32,000 nucleotides of DNA from Bifidobacterium longum subsp. longum JCM 1217. Lineage in GTDB: Bacteria; Actinomycetota; Actinomycetes; Actinomycetales; Bifidobacteriaceae. The notes beneath the pieces were generated by a model that was not told where the DNA came from, searched no databases, and saw only the letters and a list, made by a program, of their open reading frames with translations. Both the position numbers and the translations under genes were made by a program. Numbering within the stretch: the first letter of the stretch is position 1; each line of letters opens with the position of its first letter. The stretch spans positions 2,100,001 to 2,132,000 of the forward strand of contig NC_015067.1 in the NCBI RefSeq assembly GCF_000196555.1, given 5' to 3'. Shown piece after piece: positions 8,772 through 16,319 of this stretch.

Positions 8772-8798
8772 TATACATACCGTCGGTCGGTATCTATA
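8772..8798. promoter_or_regulatory. Candidate TetR operator: inverted repeat TATACATACCG-N5-CGGTATCTATA (10/11 matches)
   Basis: Read directly. It lies 37 nt upstream of the TetR ATG (8835), in the divergent argS/TetR promoter region. Confidence 0.45.
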
Positions 8799-8834
8799 GT
8801 GATCTGCAACATCAAGCACAGTAGGGAGGCCACC

Positions 8835-9500
8835 ATGGCACGTAACGCTCACCCCGAGGTGACGCGCACCCGCATCCTCGACGCCGCACAACGGCTGTTC
8901 ATGGCCCAGGGCTATGAGCACACCTCCATCCAGAACATCGTGGACGAGCTCGGCGACCTCTCCAAAGGCGCGATCTACCATCACTTCAAATCCAAGGAAG
9001 CCATCCTCGAAGAGCTCACCAACCGAGACAACAATATGCAGGACGACTTCAACGAATCCGTCATGAATCGCACTGACCTTACCGCCCTCGAAAAGTTCCG
9101 CGTGCTATGGCGGCATTCGATGACCAAGCAAGACCACGTGCAGATCATGCGAGCCGCCATGCCGATGCTGAGCGATCCGGTTTCGTTCGCCGCGAATATG
9201 CAGGTATGGAGCAAGCATCTGCCCGAACGCTTCCTGCCGCTGATCGAGGCGGGCGTCAAGGATGGCTCCATCCCCACCGAGTATCCGCGCGAGGCCGCAG
9301 AGCTGCTTTCGTTGCTGCCGAATTATTGGCTGATGCCGTATTTCTACCCGGTGACCCTGCCCGAAATGGAGCATCGCATCCGCTGCTTGGCCACCATGCT
9401 CGACGCGATCGGCGTGCCGATTTTCGATGACGAGCTCATCACGGTCGCCGCGAAGGGCATGATGACGTTCGCAGGGGAGCCGGAGAAAGGCTCAGAATGA
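8835..9500 (+). CDS. TetR-family transcriptional regulator
   Basis: The ORF-track entry 8751..9500 is trimmed to ATG 8835 (MARNAHPEVTRTRILDAAQRLF...), which has SD GGGAGG at 8824-8829. An N-terminal HTH (EHTSIQNIVDELGDLSKGAIYHHF) is present. Confidence 0.85.
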   Translation: MARNAHPEVTRTRILDAAQRLFMAQGYEHTSIQNIVDELGDLSKGAIYHHFKSKEAILEELTNRDNNMQDDFNESVMNRTDLTALEKFRVLWRHSMTKQDHVQIMRAAMPMLSDPVSFAANMQVWSKHLPERFLPLIEAGVKDGSIPTEYPREAAELLSLLPNYWLMPYFYPVTLPEMEHRIRCLATMLDAIGVPIFDDELITVAAKGMMTFAGEPEKGSE

Positions 9501-10774
9501 ATAGCACAGTGAAACCCGAGAATGACATCGCCGGCACCGCCACCCAACGCCCGCTGCTGTCCCGCGACTTCGTGCTGCTGGTCGCCGGACAAGGCATCTC
9601 GCTGTTCGGCAATGTGATGCTGCGATTCGCGATGTCGATGTGGGTGCTGGACGAAACCGGCTCAGCCACCATCTTCGCCTCGGTGCTGGCCATCTCCATC
9701 GTGCCGACCATCCTGCTCTCCCCGTTCGGAGGCGTGCTGGCCGATCGCGTCAACCGCCGCACCATCATGGTGGCGCTCGACGCCATCTCCGCCGTGCTCG
9801 TGCTGGCGAGCGCCATCGTCTTCGCCACCACGGGCTTCCATATCGTAGCCATCGCCACCATGCAGGTGCTGCTCGCCGTGCTCGGCGCCTTCGAAACCCC
9901 GACCGTGCAGGCCGCACTCCCCCAGATGTTCCGGCAGTACGGCCCGGCCACCATGCGCCAAGGCATGGCCGTGATCAATCAGGTCCAACAACTAAGCAGT
10001 CTGCTGCCGAGCTTCCTCGGCGGCGTGCTGTATGCGATGTTCGGCATCCGTCTCATGATGATCATCGCCATCGCAAGCTTCGCCGGCGCAGCCGCGCTCG
10101 AATGCTTCATCCGCCTCAGTGCCCCGGATCGCGGCGACGAGGAGCTGCCCACCCCACTTGAAGACCTCAAGGCAGGCGTGCGATTCCTCATCAAGGACCG
10201 GCCGAACGTGTTCAGACTGCTGTTGTTCGCGGCGGCGCTCAACTTTGTGCTTATCGGCTATTCCGGCGTCGGCTTCCCGTACACGATTCGTACAGTGCTC
10301 GGCTTCGACGCCACTGTCTACGGCATCGCCGACGGCCTGATCGGTGTTTCCGGCGTGGCGGGCGCATTCATCGCCGGCCTGTTCGCCGCCAAGCTCACGA
10401 TGCGCTGGCTGCCGGGGCTGATGGCGACGCTTACGCTGGCCATGGTCCCACAGGGTATTGTGTTCCTGCTGCCGGTCGACGCATGGACCAAACTCGTGGT
10501 GCTGATCGTATTCACCTGCGGCACGATGGTCGCCAGTTGCTTCACGAATCTCATCGCCGTGCCCGCCATCCAGCTCAGTACGCCCGAGGCAATGGCCGGC
10601 AAAGTGATGTCCATGGCCGCGGCCGTGAGCATGTGCGCCCAGCCGCTCGGCCAGATGGTGTACGGCTGGGCCTACGACCAAATGCCGGTCGCCATCGTGC
10701 TGTTCATCACCACCGCCCTGTTCGCCGTGCTCACCGTGCTGATGGTTCCGCTCGCCAAGCAGTTCGAGGACTGA
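9497..10774 (+). CDS. MFS transporter (drug-efflux type, 12-TM-like)
   Basis: Highly hydrophobic 425-aa ORF with an MFS motif (GGVLADRVNRR). Its ATG overlaps the TetR stop (ATGA at 9497-9500), indicating an operon. Confidence 0.85.
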   Translation: MNSTVKPENDIAGTATQRPLLSRDFVLLVAGQGISLFGNVMLRFAMSMWVLDETGSATIFASVLAISIVPTILLSPFGGVLADRVNRRTIMVALDAISAVLVLASAIVFATTGFHIVAIATMQVLLAVLGAFETPTVQAALPQMFRQYGPATMRQGMAVINQVQQLSSLLPSFLGGVLYAMFGIRLMMIIAIASFAGAAALECFIRLSAPDRGDEELPTPLEDLKAGVRFLIKDRPNVFRLLLFAAALNFVLIGYSGVGFPYTIRTVLGFDATVYGIADGLIGVSGVAGAFIAGLFAAKLTMRWLPGLMATLTLAMVPQGIVFLLPVDAWTKLVVLIVFTCGTMVASCFTNLIAVPAIQLSTPEAMAGKVMSMAAAVSMCAQPLGQMVYGWAYDQMPVAIVLFITTALFAVLTVLMVPLAKQFED

Positions 10775-10823
10775 CGATCGGCGCGCACGCCACATCCTGC
10801 CGCCCGGCCATAATTGAATCACC

Positions 10824-10853
10824 GCACGAAAAGGCACGAAAAGGCACGAAAGA
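10824..10853 (+). repeat. Three tandem 10-bp units GCACGAAAAG / GCACGAAAAG / GCACGAAAGA immediately upstream of the LysR start
   Basis: Read directly. The last unit merges into the SD AAGAGG of the LysR gene. Confidence 0.9.
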
Positions 10854-10860
10854 GGTACCT

Positions 10861-11793
10861 ATGGCCACGCTCAACCCCCAATCATTGGTCACGTTGTGGC
10901 AAATCGAACAGTATGGTTCGTTCTCCGCCACGGCCAAGGCCACGGGTTGGTCGCAGCCGGCCATCAGCCAGCAGATCAAAAAGCTGGAGGCACAGTGCGG
11001 TTCGACTCTGGTGCAACGCACCTCGCATGGCGTGGAACTCACCGCCACCGGTTCGATGCTCGCCCGCCACGGCGAGGCCATCGCCGATCGGCTGGAGCGG
11101 GCGGCCCGTGAAGTCGAGGATTATCGGCATCATCGGTTTGATCACCTGCATTTGGTGGCCCCACCGTCAATCTGCTCTACTATCGCGGCCCGTACCGTGG
11201 TCAAGCTCAGTATGTTCACGGACATCGAGCTGAGCCTGATTCAGATGGAGCCGCCGGAGGCGATCGGTCTGATTTCCCAAGGCAAGGCCGATACCGCCGC
11301 CGTGTTCCGCTACAGCAGCATCCCGAACTTCCTGCACATCGGCGACGACCTGACCTTCCATTCGCTGGGTTACGATCCGATGCGACTGCTGGTGCGCCGC
11401 TCCAGCGGCATCGCCAAACGATTCGAGGAGACCGGCGAACCTGTGCCGCTGTCCGCCGCCAAAGACGAGCATTGGATCGCCGGCTGCCCCACCTGCCGCG
11501 CAAATTTGGTGAAACTGGCCACCCGTGCCGGATTCAAGCCGGATATCCGCCACTGCACGGATGATTACTGGGCCACGCAGAACCTGGTCGAGGTTGGTAT
11601 GGGCGTCTCGCTGGTGCCGGCGCTCGATACGCATATCAACTTGCAGGGCGATCTGGTGGCCTGTCCCATTGCCGACGATTTTGCGGCGCGCGAGGTCGGC
11701 ATCGTGACTCGTGCCGGCGACCATCGCCCCGCGCTTGGTTCATTGCTCGAGGAGCTCGAGCGCACGTCACTCAAATATTTGAGTGCCAAGTAG
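10861..11793 (+). CDS. LysR-family transcriptional regulator
   Basis: The ORF-track entry 10483..11793 is trimmed to ATG 10861 (MATLNPQSLVTLWQIEQYGSFSATAKATGWSQPAISQQIKKLE, a typical LTTR HTH), with SD AAGAGG upstream. Confidence 0.85.
   Translation: MATLNPQSLVTLWQIEQYGSFSATAKATGWSQPAISQQIKKLEAQCGSTLVQRTSHGVELTATGSMLARHGEAIADRLERAAREVEDYRHHRFDHLHLVAPPSICSTIAARTVVKLSMFTDIELSLIQMEPPEAIGLISQGKADTAAVFRYSSIPNFLHIGDDLTFHSLGYDPMRLLVRRSSGIAKRFEETGEPVPLSAAKDEHWIAGCPTCRANLVKLATRAGFKPDIRHCTDDYWATQNLVEVGMGVSLVPALDTHINLQGDLVACPIADDFAAREVGIVTRAGDHRPALGSLLEELERTSLKYLSAK
11768..11785. promoter_or_regulatory. Perfect 18-bp palindrome CACTCAAATATTTGAGTG in the last codons of the LysR gene
   Basis: Read directly. 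It lies about 100 nt upstream of the aminotransferase start. A second 10-bp palindrome, GCAAGCTTGC, is at 11808-11817. Confidence 0.35.
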
Positions 11794-11886
11794 TCGCACA
11801 GCGATAAGCAAGCTTGCGAGCGCCATCACGATTTCGGGGAGCCAGACCGTTGAGCAGCCCTTCTGCACCGGGAACAATGACATGTT

Positions 11887-13140
11887 ATGAGCATGAACAA
11901 CATTCCCCAGTCAACGACTTTGAGCAACACAACCGCCGGCACCTCTTGCTTTGATGCCAATCACATCGACGTGACGACCATCGAGGATCTGGAGCAGGTC
12001 GGTTCGGATAAATGGACCCGTTACCCCGGCTGCATCGGCGCATTCATCGCCGAGATGGATTACGGTCTGGCACCGTGCGTGGCCGAAGCCATCGAAGAGG
12101 CTACTGAACGTGGCGCGCTCGGCTACATTCCCGACCCGTGGAAGAAGGAGGTCGCCCGCTCGTGCGCCGCATGGCAGCGCCGCTACGGCTGGGAGGTGGA
12201 TCCAACGTGCATCCGCCCGGTGCCGGACGTGCTGGAGGCGTTCGAAGTGTTCCTGCGCGAGATCGTGCGCGCCGGTAACTCCATCGTGGTACCGACTCCG
12301 GCCTATATGCCGTTCCTAAGTGTGCCGCGTCTGTATGGCGTGGAGGTCCTTGAGATTCCGATGCTGTGCGCGGGCGCCGGCGAGAGCAGCGGGCGCAATG
12401 ATGAATGGCTGTTCGATTTCGACGCCATTGAGCAGGCGTTCGCGAACGGCTGCCATGCCTTCGTGCTGTGCAACCCGCACAACCCGATCGGCAAGGTATT
12501 GACGCGCGAAGAAATGCTGCGATTGTCCGATCTGGCCGCCAAGTACGACGTGCGTATATTCTCCGATGAGATTCACGCGCCGTTCGTCTACCAAGGCCAC
12601 ACGCATGTGCCATTCGCCTCAATCAACCGGCAGACGGCCATGCAGGCTTTCACCTCCACTTCAGCCTCGAAGTCGTTCAACATTCCCGGCACCAAGTGCG
12701 CGCAGGTGATTCTCACCAATCCGGACGATCTGGAACTATGGATGAGGAACGCGGAATGGTCCGAGCACCAGACGGCCACCATCGGTGCCATAGCCACCAC
12801 TGCGGCCTATGACGGCGGCGCGGCATGGTTCGAGGGCGTGATGGCATATATCGAGCGCAATATCGCGCTGGTCAACGAGCAGATGCGCACGAGATTCGCC
12901 AAGGTGCGCTATGTGGAGCCGCAGGGCACGTATATCGCGTGGCTGGATTTCTCGCCACTGGGCATCGGCGACCCGGCCAACTATTTCTTTAAGAAGGCCA
13001 ACGTGGCGTTGACAGACGGCCGTGAATGCGGCGAGGTCGGGCGCGGTTGCGTGCGTATGAACTTCGCCATGCCCTACCCGCTACTGGAGGAATGCTTCGA
13101 CCGCATGGCCGCCGCACTTGAGGCGGACGGGTTGTTGTAG
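11887..13140 (+). CDS. PLP-dependent aminotransferase class I/II, PatB/MalY-type C-S lyase (cystathionine beta-lyase-like)
   Basis: 417-aa ORF. DKWTRYPG...AEMDYGLAP at the N-terminus, CNPHNPIGKV and SASKSFNIPG (PLP lysine motif) are typical of MalY/PatB enzymes. Confidence 0.85.
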   Translation: MSMNNIPQSTTLSNTTAGTSCFDANHIDVTTIEDLEQVGSDKWTRYPGCIGAFIAEMDYGLAPCVAEAIEEATERGALGYIPDPWKKEVARSCAAWQRRYGWEVDPTCIRPVPDVLEAFEVFLREIVRAGNSIVVPTPAYMPFLSVPRLYGVEVLEIPMLCAGAGESSGRNDEWLFDFDAIEQAFANGCHAFVLCNPHNPIGKVLTREEMLRLSDLAAKYDVRIFSDEIHAPFVYQGHTHVPFASINRQTAMQAFTSTSASKSFNIPGTKCAQVILTNPDDLELWMRNAEWSEHQTATIGAIATTAAYDGGAAWFEGVMAYIERNIALVNEQMRTRFAKVRYVEPQGTYIAWLDFSPLGIGDPANYFFKKANVALTDGRECGEVGRGCVRMNFAMPYPLLEECFDRMAAALEADGLL

Positions 13141-13150
13141 AACAGAATTG

Positions 13151-13175
13151 CGGCTCCCCTCAAAGAGGGGAGCCG
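13151..13175. repeat. REP-like hairpin CGGCTCCCCTC-AAA-GAGGGGAGCCG between the convergent aminotransferase and murA genes (possible bidirectional terminator)
   Basis: Perfect 11-bp stem read directly, with no flanking U-tract. It belongs to the same family as the hairpin at 30053-30077. Confidence 0.7.
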
Positions 13176-13188
13176 AGGAACGGCCGAA

Positions 13189-14532
13189 TTAGTCGAAGTC
13201 GGCACCGAGGGCTTCGAGTTTGCCGCGGAAGTCGGCATAGCCTCGGTCGATCAGGCTGATGCCGTGCACGTCCGAGGGGCCTGACGCGGCCAAGGCCGCG
13301 ATCAGATGGCTGAACCCACCACGCAGGTCCGGCACGTCGATGTCGCGTCCGGTCAGCGGGGTCGGTCCGAAGATCACGGCGGAATGCTTGTAGTTGCGCT
13401 GCCGGAAACGGCACGGCAGCGAGCCCAGGCACTCGCGGTACAACTGGATGGTGGCACCCATCTCGACCAGCGGCTTGGTGAAGCCGAAACGGTTCTCGTA
13501 CACGGTCTCGTGCACGATCGACAGGCCGTTGGCCTGGGTCAGGGCCACCACGAGCGGCTGCTGCCAGTCGGTCATGAACCCGGGATGCACGTCCGTCTCG
13601 ATCGCCACGGGCTTCAAGTCCCCGCCCGGATGCCAGAAACGAATGCCCTTGTCCGTCACCTCGAATTTGCCGCCCACCTTGCGGAACACGTTGAGGAACG
13701 TGATCATCTCCGGCTGGGTGGCACCCTTGACGAAAATGTCACCGTGCGTGGCGAGCGCGGCGGACGCCCAGGACGCCGCCTCGATGCGATCCGTCAGCGA
13801 CGTGTGCGTGTACCCCTGCAGTTCCTTGACACCCTCGATGCGGAAGGTGCGATCAACGTCCACAGAAATGATTGCACCCATCTTCTGCAGCACGCACACC
13901 AGATCCATGATCTCCGGCTCAGTGGCCGCGCCCGACAGTTCGGTCTTGCCCTCGGCCAGCACGGCCGCCAGTAAAGTCTGCTCGGTGGCGCCCACCGACG
14001 GGTAGGGCAGGTGGATCTTCGCGCCGTGCAGGCCGTTGGGCGCGGTGATGTGGATGCCGTCCTTGTGTTCCTTGTCCACCGTGGCGCCCAGCTTGCGCAG
14101 CGTCTCCAGATGGAAGTCAATCGGACGTCCGCCAATCGCGCAGCCGCCCAACGCGGGAATGAACGCTTCACCCAAACGGTGCACGAGCGGGCCGGAAAAC
14201 AGGATCGGGATGCGCGACGAACCGGACAGTGTATCCACGTCGGCCACATCGGCCAGCTGCACACGCGAGGCGTCGACGGTCACAATGCCGTTCGCACCGT
14301 CCACATCCACGTCCACGCCGTGCAGACGTAGCAAATCGGACACCACATGCACGTCACGAATCTCCGGCACGTTCTTCAGCACCGACTTGCCCGGTGCCAG
14401 CAACGCGGCGACCATCGCCTTGCTCACGAAGTTCTTCGCGCCACGCACCTTGATCGTGCCATTCAAAGGCTTGCCGCCCTCGACATGCAACACGTCATCC
14501 GGATTCTCAGCCACGCCACTCTCCTCAATCAA
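13189..14532 (-). CDS. murA: UDP-N-acetylglucosamine 1-carboxyvinyltransferase
   Basis: 447-aa ORF of the EPSP-synthase/MurA fold. KVRGAKNFVSKAMVAALLA, the LGGCAIGGRPID region and LRGGFSHLIAAL match the MurA family. Confidence 0.95.
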   Translation of the reverse strand: MIEESGVAENPDDVLHVEGGKPLNGTIKVRGAKNFVSKAMVAALLAPGKSVLKNVPEIRDVHVVSDLLRLHGVDVDVDGANGIVTVDASRVQLADVADVDTLSGSSRIPILFSGPLVHRLGEAFIPALGGCAIGGRPIDFHLETLRKLGATVDKEHKDGIHITAPNGLHGAKIHLPYPSVGATEQTLLAAVLAEGKTELSGAATEPEIMDLVCVLQKMGAIISVDVDRTFRIEGVKELQGYTHTSLTDRIEAASWASAALATHGDIFVKGATQPEMITFLNVFRKVGGKFEVTDKGIRFWHPGGDLKPVAIETDVHPGFMTDWQQPLVVALTQANGLSIVHETVYENRFGFTKPLVEMGATIQLYRECLGSLPCRFRQRNYKHSAVIFGPTPLTGRDIDVPDLRGGFSHLIAALAASGPSDVHGISLIDRGYADFRGKLEALGADFD

Positions 14533-14763
14533 TCAAGATTCAAAAAATGCTACCGTCCAGTTTGCCATAAGCCATGTGCCGACTCCGTGAAATGCACCCC
14601 AGCCGAACTTTGATCACCGTGCACAACGGATCCCATACCCCCCGTCGAATCAAACCGATAACGTGATCTTCCTCACATTTGCCGCCACGGTGTTCTCCAT
14701 ACTTCTACGCTACGATTCAGGGCAATGGCATCAGACGCCATGGCCACAAGCAAAGGAGCATTC

Positions 14764-16110
14764 ATGACCACAGTCGCCGTCATCGGCTGCACGCACGCCG
14801 GCACGTTCGCCACCACCTCGATTCTCGCCGAGCACCCCGATTGGACCGTCCATGTTTTCGAGCGCAACGGTACGCTGTCCTTCCTCTCCTGCGGCATCGC
14901 CCTGTGGGTGGGCGACCACGTATCCGACCCGAAGAAAATGTTCTACTCCTCCCCTGCCGCTCTGGCCGAAGCCGGCGCGACCATGCATATGCGCACCGAC
15001 GTGACGTCCGTGGACCTCGACGCCAGAACCCTCACCTACCGCGCGCTGGACGAGGCCGGAGACCCCGCCGAACAGACCCTCGCTTTCGACAAACTGGTCG
15101 TGACCACCGGCTCGCGCCCGGTCATCCCGCCGATCCCCGGCATCGACAGCCCGCATGTGCTGCTGTGCAAGAACTGGGATCACGCCATCGCCATCAAGGA
15201 AAAGGCGAAAACCGCCAAGTCGGCAGTGGTGATCGGGTCGGGCTATATCGGCGCGGAAATCGCCGAGCAGTTCAGCGTCACCGGCGTCAAGACCACGCTG
15301 GTCGACGGCCTTGATCGCCCGCTGGCCAATAATTTCGATAAGACCATCACCGATCAGGTGGCGGCCGCGTTCGAGGAGCACGGCGTCACGCTCGCGCTCG
15401 GCCAGAAGGTGGTCGAGTTCCGCGACAATGACGACGACACCGTCACTGTGGTCACCGAAAAGGGCGAGTACACGGCCGAAATGGCGATTCTGGCCGTCGG
15501 CTTCCTGCCGAACACCGACCTGCTCAAGGGCAAGGTGGACATGCTGCCGAACGGCGCGATCGTGGTCGACGACTACATGCAGGCGTCCGCGCCGGGCGTG
15601 TACGCCGCCGGCGACTCCGCCACCGTGTTCTACAACCCCACCGGCCAGCACGATTACATTCCGCTGGCCACCAACGCGGTGCGCCAGGGCCTGCTGGTGG
15701 GCCGCAACATCGAGACGCCGACCGTGAAGTACATGGGCACGCAGGCCACGTCCGCCGTGCAGCTGTACGATCTCTCGCTCGCCGCCTCCGGCCTGACCCG
15801 CGCCGGTGCCGAACGCCGCGGGCTCACGGTCCGCGAGACCTCGCTCACCGAGGATTATCGCCCGGACTTCATGCTCACCACCACCCCAGTCACGTCGATT
15901 CTGACCTGGGACCCGGAAACCCGCAAGGTCAAGGGCGGCCAGTTCTGTTCCAAGGCCGATATCTCCGGCGCGGCAAACGTGATTTCCATGGCGATTCAGG
16001 CCGGCTTCACCATCGACCAGCTCGCCAACGTGGACTTCCTGTTCCAGCCGAACTTCGACAAGCCCGTCTATTACGTGGGTGCCGTGGCCATGAAGGCGGC
16101 GGCTGAGTAA
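14764..16110 (+). CDS. NADH oxidase / pyridine nucleotide-disulfide oxidoreductase (Nox/CoA-disulfide reductase family)
   Basis: The ORF-track entry 14725..16110 is trimmed to ATG 14764 (MTTVAVIGCTHAG...), with SD AAGGAG at 14753-14758. It has an FAD motif, the redox-active Cys context SFLSCGIAL and a second Rossmann motif VVIGSGYIGAE. Confidence 0.85.
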   Translation: MTTVAVIGCTHAGTFATTSILAEHPDWTVHVFERNGTLSFLSCGIALWVGDHVSDPKKMFYSSPAALAEAGATMHMRTDVTSVDLDARTLTYRALDEAGDPAEQTLAFDKLVVTTGSRPVIPPIPGIDSPHVLLCKNWDHAIAIKEKAKTAKSAVVIGSGYIGAEIAEQFSVTGVKTTLVDGLDRPLANNFDKTITDQVAAAFEEHGVTLALGQKVVEFRDNDDDTVTVVTEKGEYTAEMAILAVGFLPNTDLLKGKVDMLPNGAIVVDDYMQASAPGVYAAGDSATVFYNPTGQHDYIPLATNAVRQGLLVGRNIETPTVKYMGTQATSAVQLYDLSLAASGLTRAGAERRGLTVRETSLTEDYRPDFMLTTTPVTSILTWDPETRKVKGGQFCSKADISGAANVISMAIQAGFTIDQLANVDFLFQPNFDKPVYYVGAVAMKAAAE

Positions 16111-16126
16111 GACGGCTGTACTCACC

Positions 16127-16160
16127 GCAAAAAGAAACCCCGGCGTGATGGGCGCCGGGG
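16127..16160 (-). terminator. Intrinsic terminator for the DHOD-family gene (minus strand)
   Basis: 8-bp GC stem CCCCGGCG / CGCCGGGG (16138-16145 / 16153-16160). On the minus strand it is followed by TTTCTTTTTGC. It lies about 160 nt downstream of the stop at 16320. Confidence 0.6.
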
Positions 16161-16192
16161 AGAGAAAGGAGAGAAGAAGAAGAAGAAAGAGG
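16157..16192. repeat. 36-nt uninterrupted homopurine tract (plus strand) / homopyrimidine tract (minus strand), including (AGA)5
   Basis: Read directly: GGGGAGAGAAAGGAGAGAAGAAGAAGAAGAAAGAGG. Confidence 0.9.
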
Positions 16193-16319
16193 TTAAGTTA
16201 TGCAGCTTGTTCGGCCGTGATTACATATAACAACACCAGTTTCAATGCAACGTGGGCACTGGCTGGGAATTGTCTGGGAATCACGGCCCGTACAGGCTGT
16301 TTCTTGTTTTGGAGCCGAT

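Noticed and set aside
10999-11008. tRNA T-arm-like GGTTCGACTC.
   Set aside because: It lies inside the LysR coding sequence, with no acceptor or anticodon stems around it. No tRNA could be folded by eye anywhere in the window.
14533-14763. Rex-like or other redox operator upstream of nox (for example CGTGAAATGCAC, CCGTGCACAACGG).
   Set aside because: Neither matches the TTGTGAA-N4-TTCACAA Rex consensus, and the stems are at most 4-5 bp. This is not distinguishable from background.
16200-16220. Mini-ORF MQLVRP* with AAGAGG 7 nt upstream, at the end of the homopurine tract.
   Set aside because: The SD-like sequence is simply part of the purine tract. Six codons with no supporting context are not evidence of a gene.
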